Shown piece after piece: positions 63,740 to 64,000 of a stretch of DNA of 64,000 nucleotides. Made by a program: the position numbers and the translations under genes. Within the stretch, counting starts at the first letter, position 1. The number at the start of each line of letters is the position of its first letter. The notes below the pieces were generated by a model. The model did no database searches. It saw only the letters and a program-made list of their open reading frames with translations, and was not told the DNA's origin. The DNA comes from Bacteroidota bacterium. GTDB taxonomy: Bacteria; Bacteroidota; Ignavibacteria; UBA10030; JAZGDE01. Location of the stretch: assembly GCA_036477295.1 (NCBI GenBank), contig JAZGDE010000046.1, forward strand, positions 13,135 through 77,134. Direction: 5' to 3'.

Positions 63740-64000
63740 ATGAAGCCATTTATTCCCCTCTGGCTGTTCATCTTCATTCTCGCGGTCATCGTTGTCCAAG
63801 ATCACAGCAGTCATGTCTACGATCCCGCTGCTGCTGCGGTTGTCCATTCCTTCTCGTCTCAACAGGCTTCAGAGTTTGATCACCTACGCAATCGGATGGT
63901 CGAGCGACAGATTCGGTTGCGTGGGATTAAAGATGAGCACGTGCTCAACGCGATGCGGAAGGTGCCCCGCCACCAATTTGTGCCGCGCTCTTCGATCGAT
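63740..64000 (+). CDS. pcm: Protein-L-isoaspartate O-methyltransferase, N-terminal part (runs off window)
   Basis: Hydrophobic leader then RNRMVERQIRLRGIKDEHVLNAMRKVPRHQFVP, the canonical PCMT N-terminus. Confidence 0.7.
   Translation, partial: MKPFIPLWLFIFILAVIVVQDHSSHVYDPAAAAVVHSFSSQQASEFDHLRNRMVERQIRLRGIKDEHVLNAMRKVPRHQFVPRSSID

Overview
This 64 kb window is the replication-origin neighbourhood of a moderately GC-rich (about 55 to 57 %) Gram-negative chromosome. One encoded protease carries a T9SS-type C-terminal sorting domain, which points to the FCB group (Bacteroidota, Chlorobi or Ignavibacteria relatives); Shine-Dalgarno sites are used. The core is a classic, syntenic origin block: gyrA, gyrB, DUF721/dciA-like, recF, dnaN, dnaA on the minus strand, and divergently rpmH-rnpA-yidD-yidC on the plus strand, then mnmE-mnmG-rsmG further along. 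DnaA boxes (one perfect TTATCCACA) and AT-rich stretches lie in the dnaA/rpmH and dnaA/dnaN spacers. Other housekeeping genes include the yicC-gmk-rpoZ-coaBC operon, three tandem SurA/PpiD-like periplasmic chaperone genes and a MoxR ATPase. A long minus-strand operon encodes a futalosine-pathway menaquinone supercluster: UbiA, UbiX and UbiD-family late-step enzymes, a radical-SAM MqnE-like enzyme fused to a C-terminal MqnA-like domain, MqnC, and a divergent MqnD-like gene. Findings worth a second look: recF carries an in-frame TGA and has no start codon for its conserved N-terminus; an M1 aminopeptidase is frameshifted; an 85-bp structured repeat occurs twice, flanking a DUF559 gene that sits next to an orphan ORF; imperfect inverted REP-like elements (CACGAAGT/ACTTCGTG cores) flank a vWA membrane-protein gene; and a lower-GC islet encodes a PD40 beta-propeller protein, ArsM and a small AbrB-fold protein with two vicinal cysteine pairs. 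No CRISPR array, transposase, rRNA gene or convincing tRNA gene was seen.
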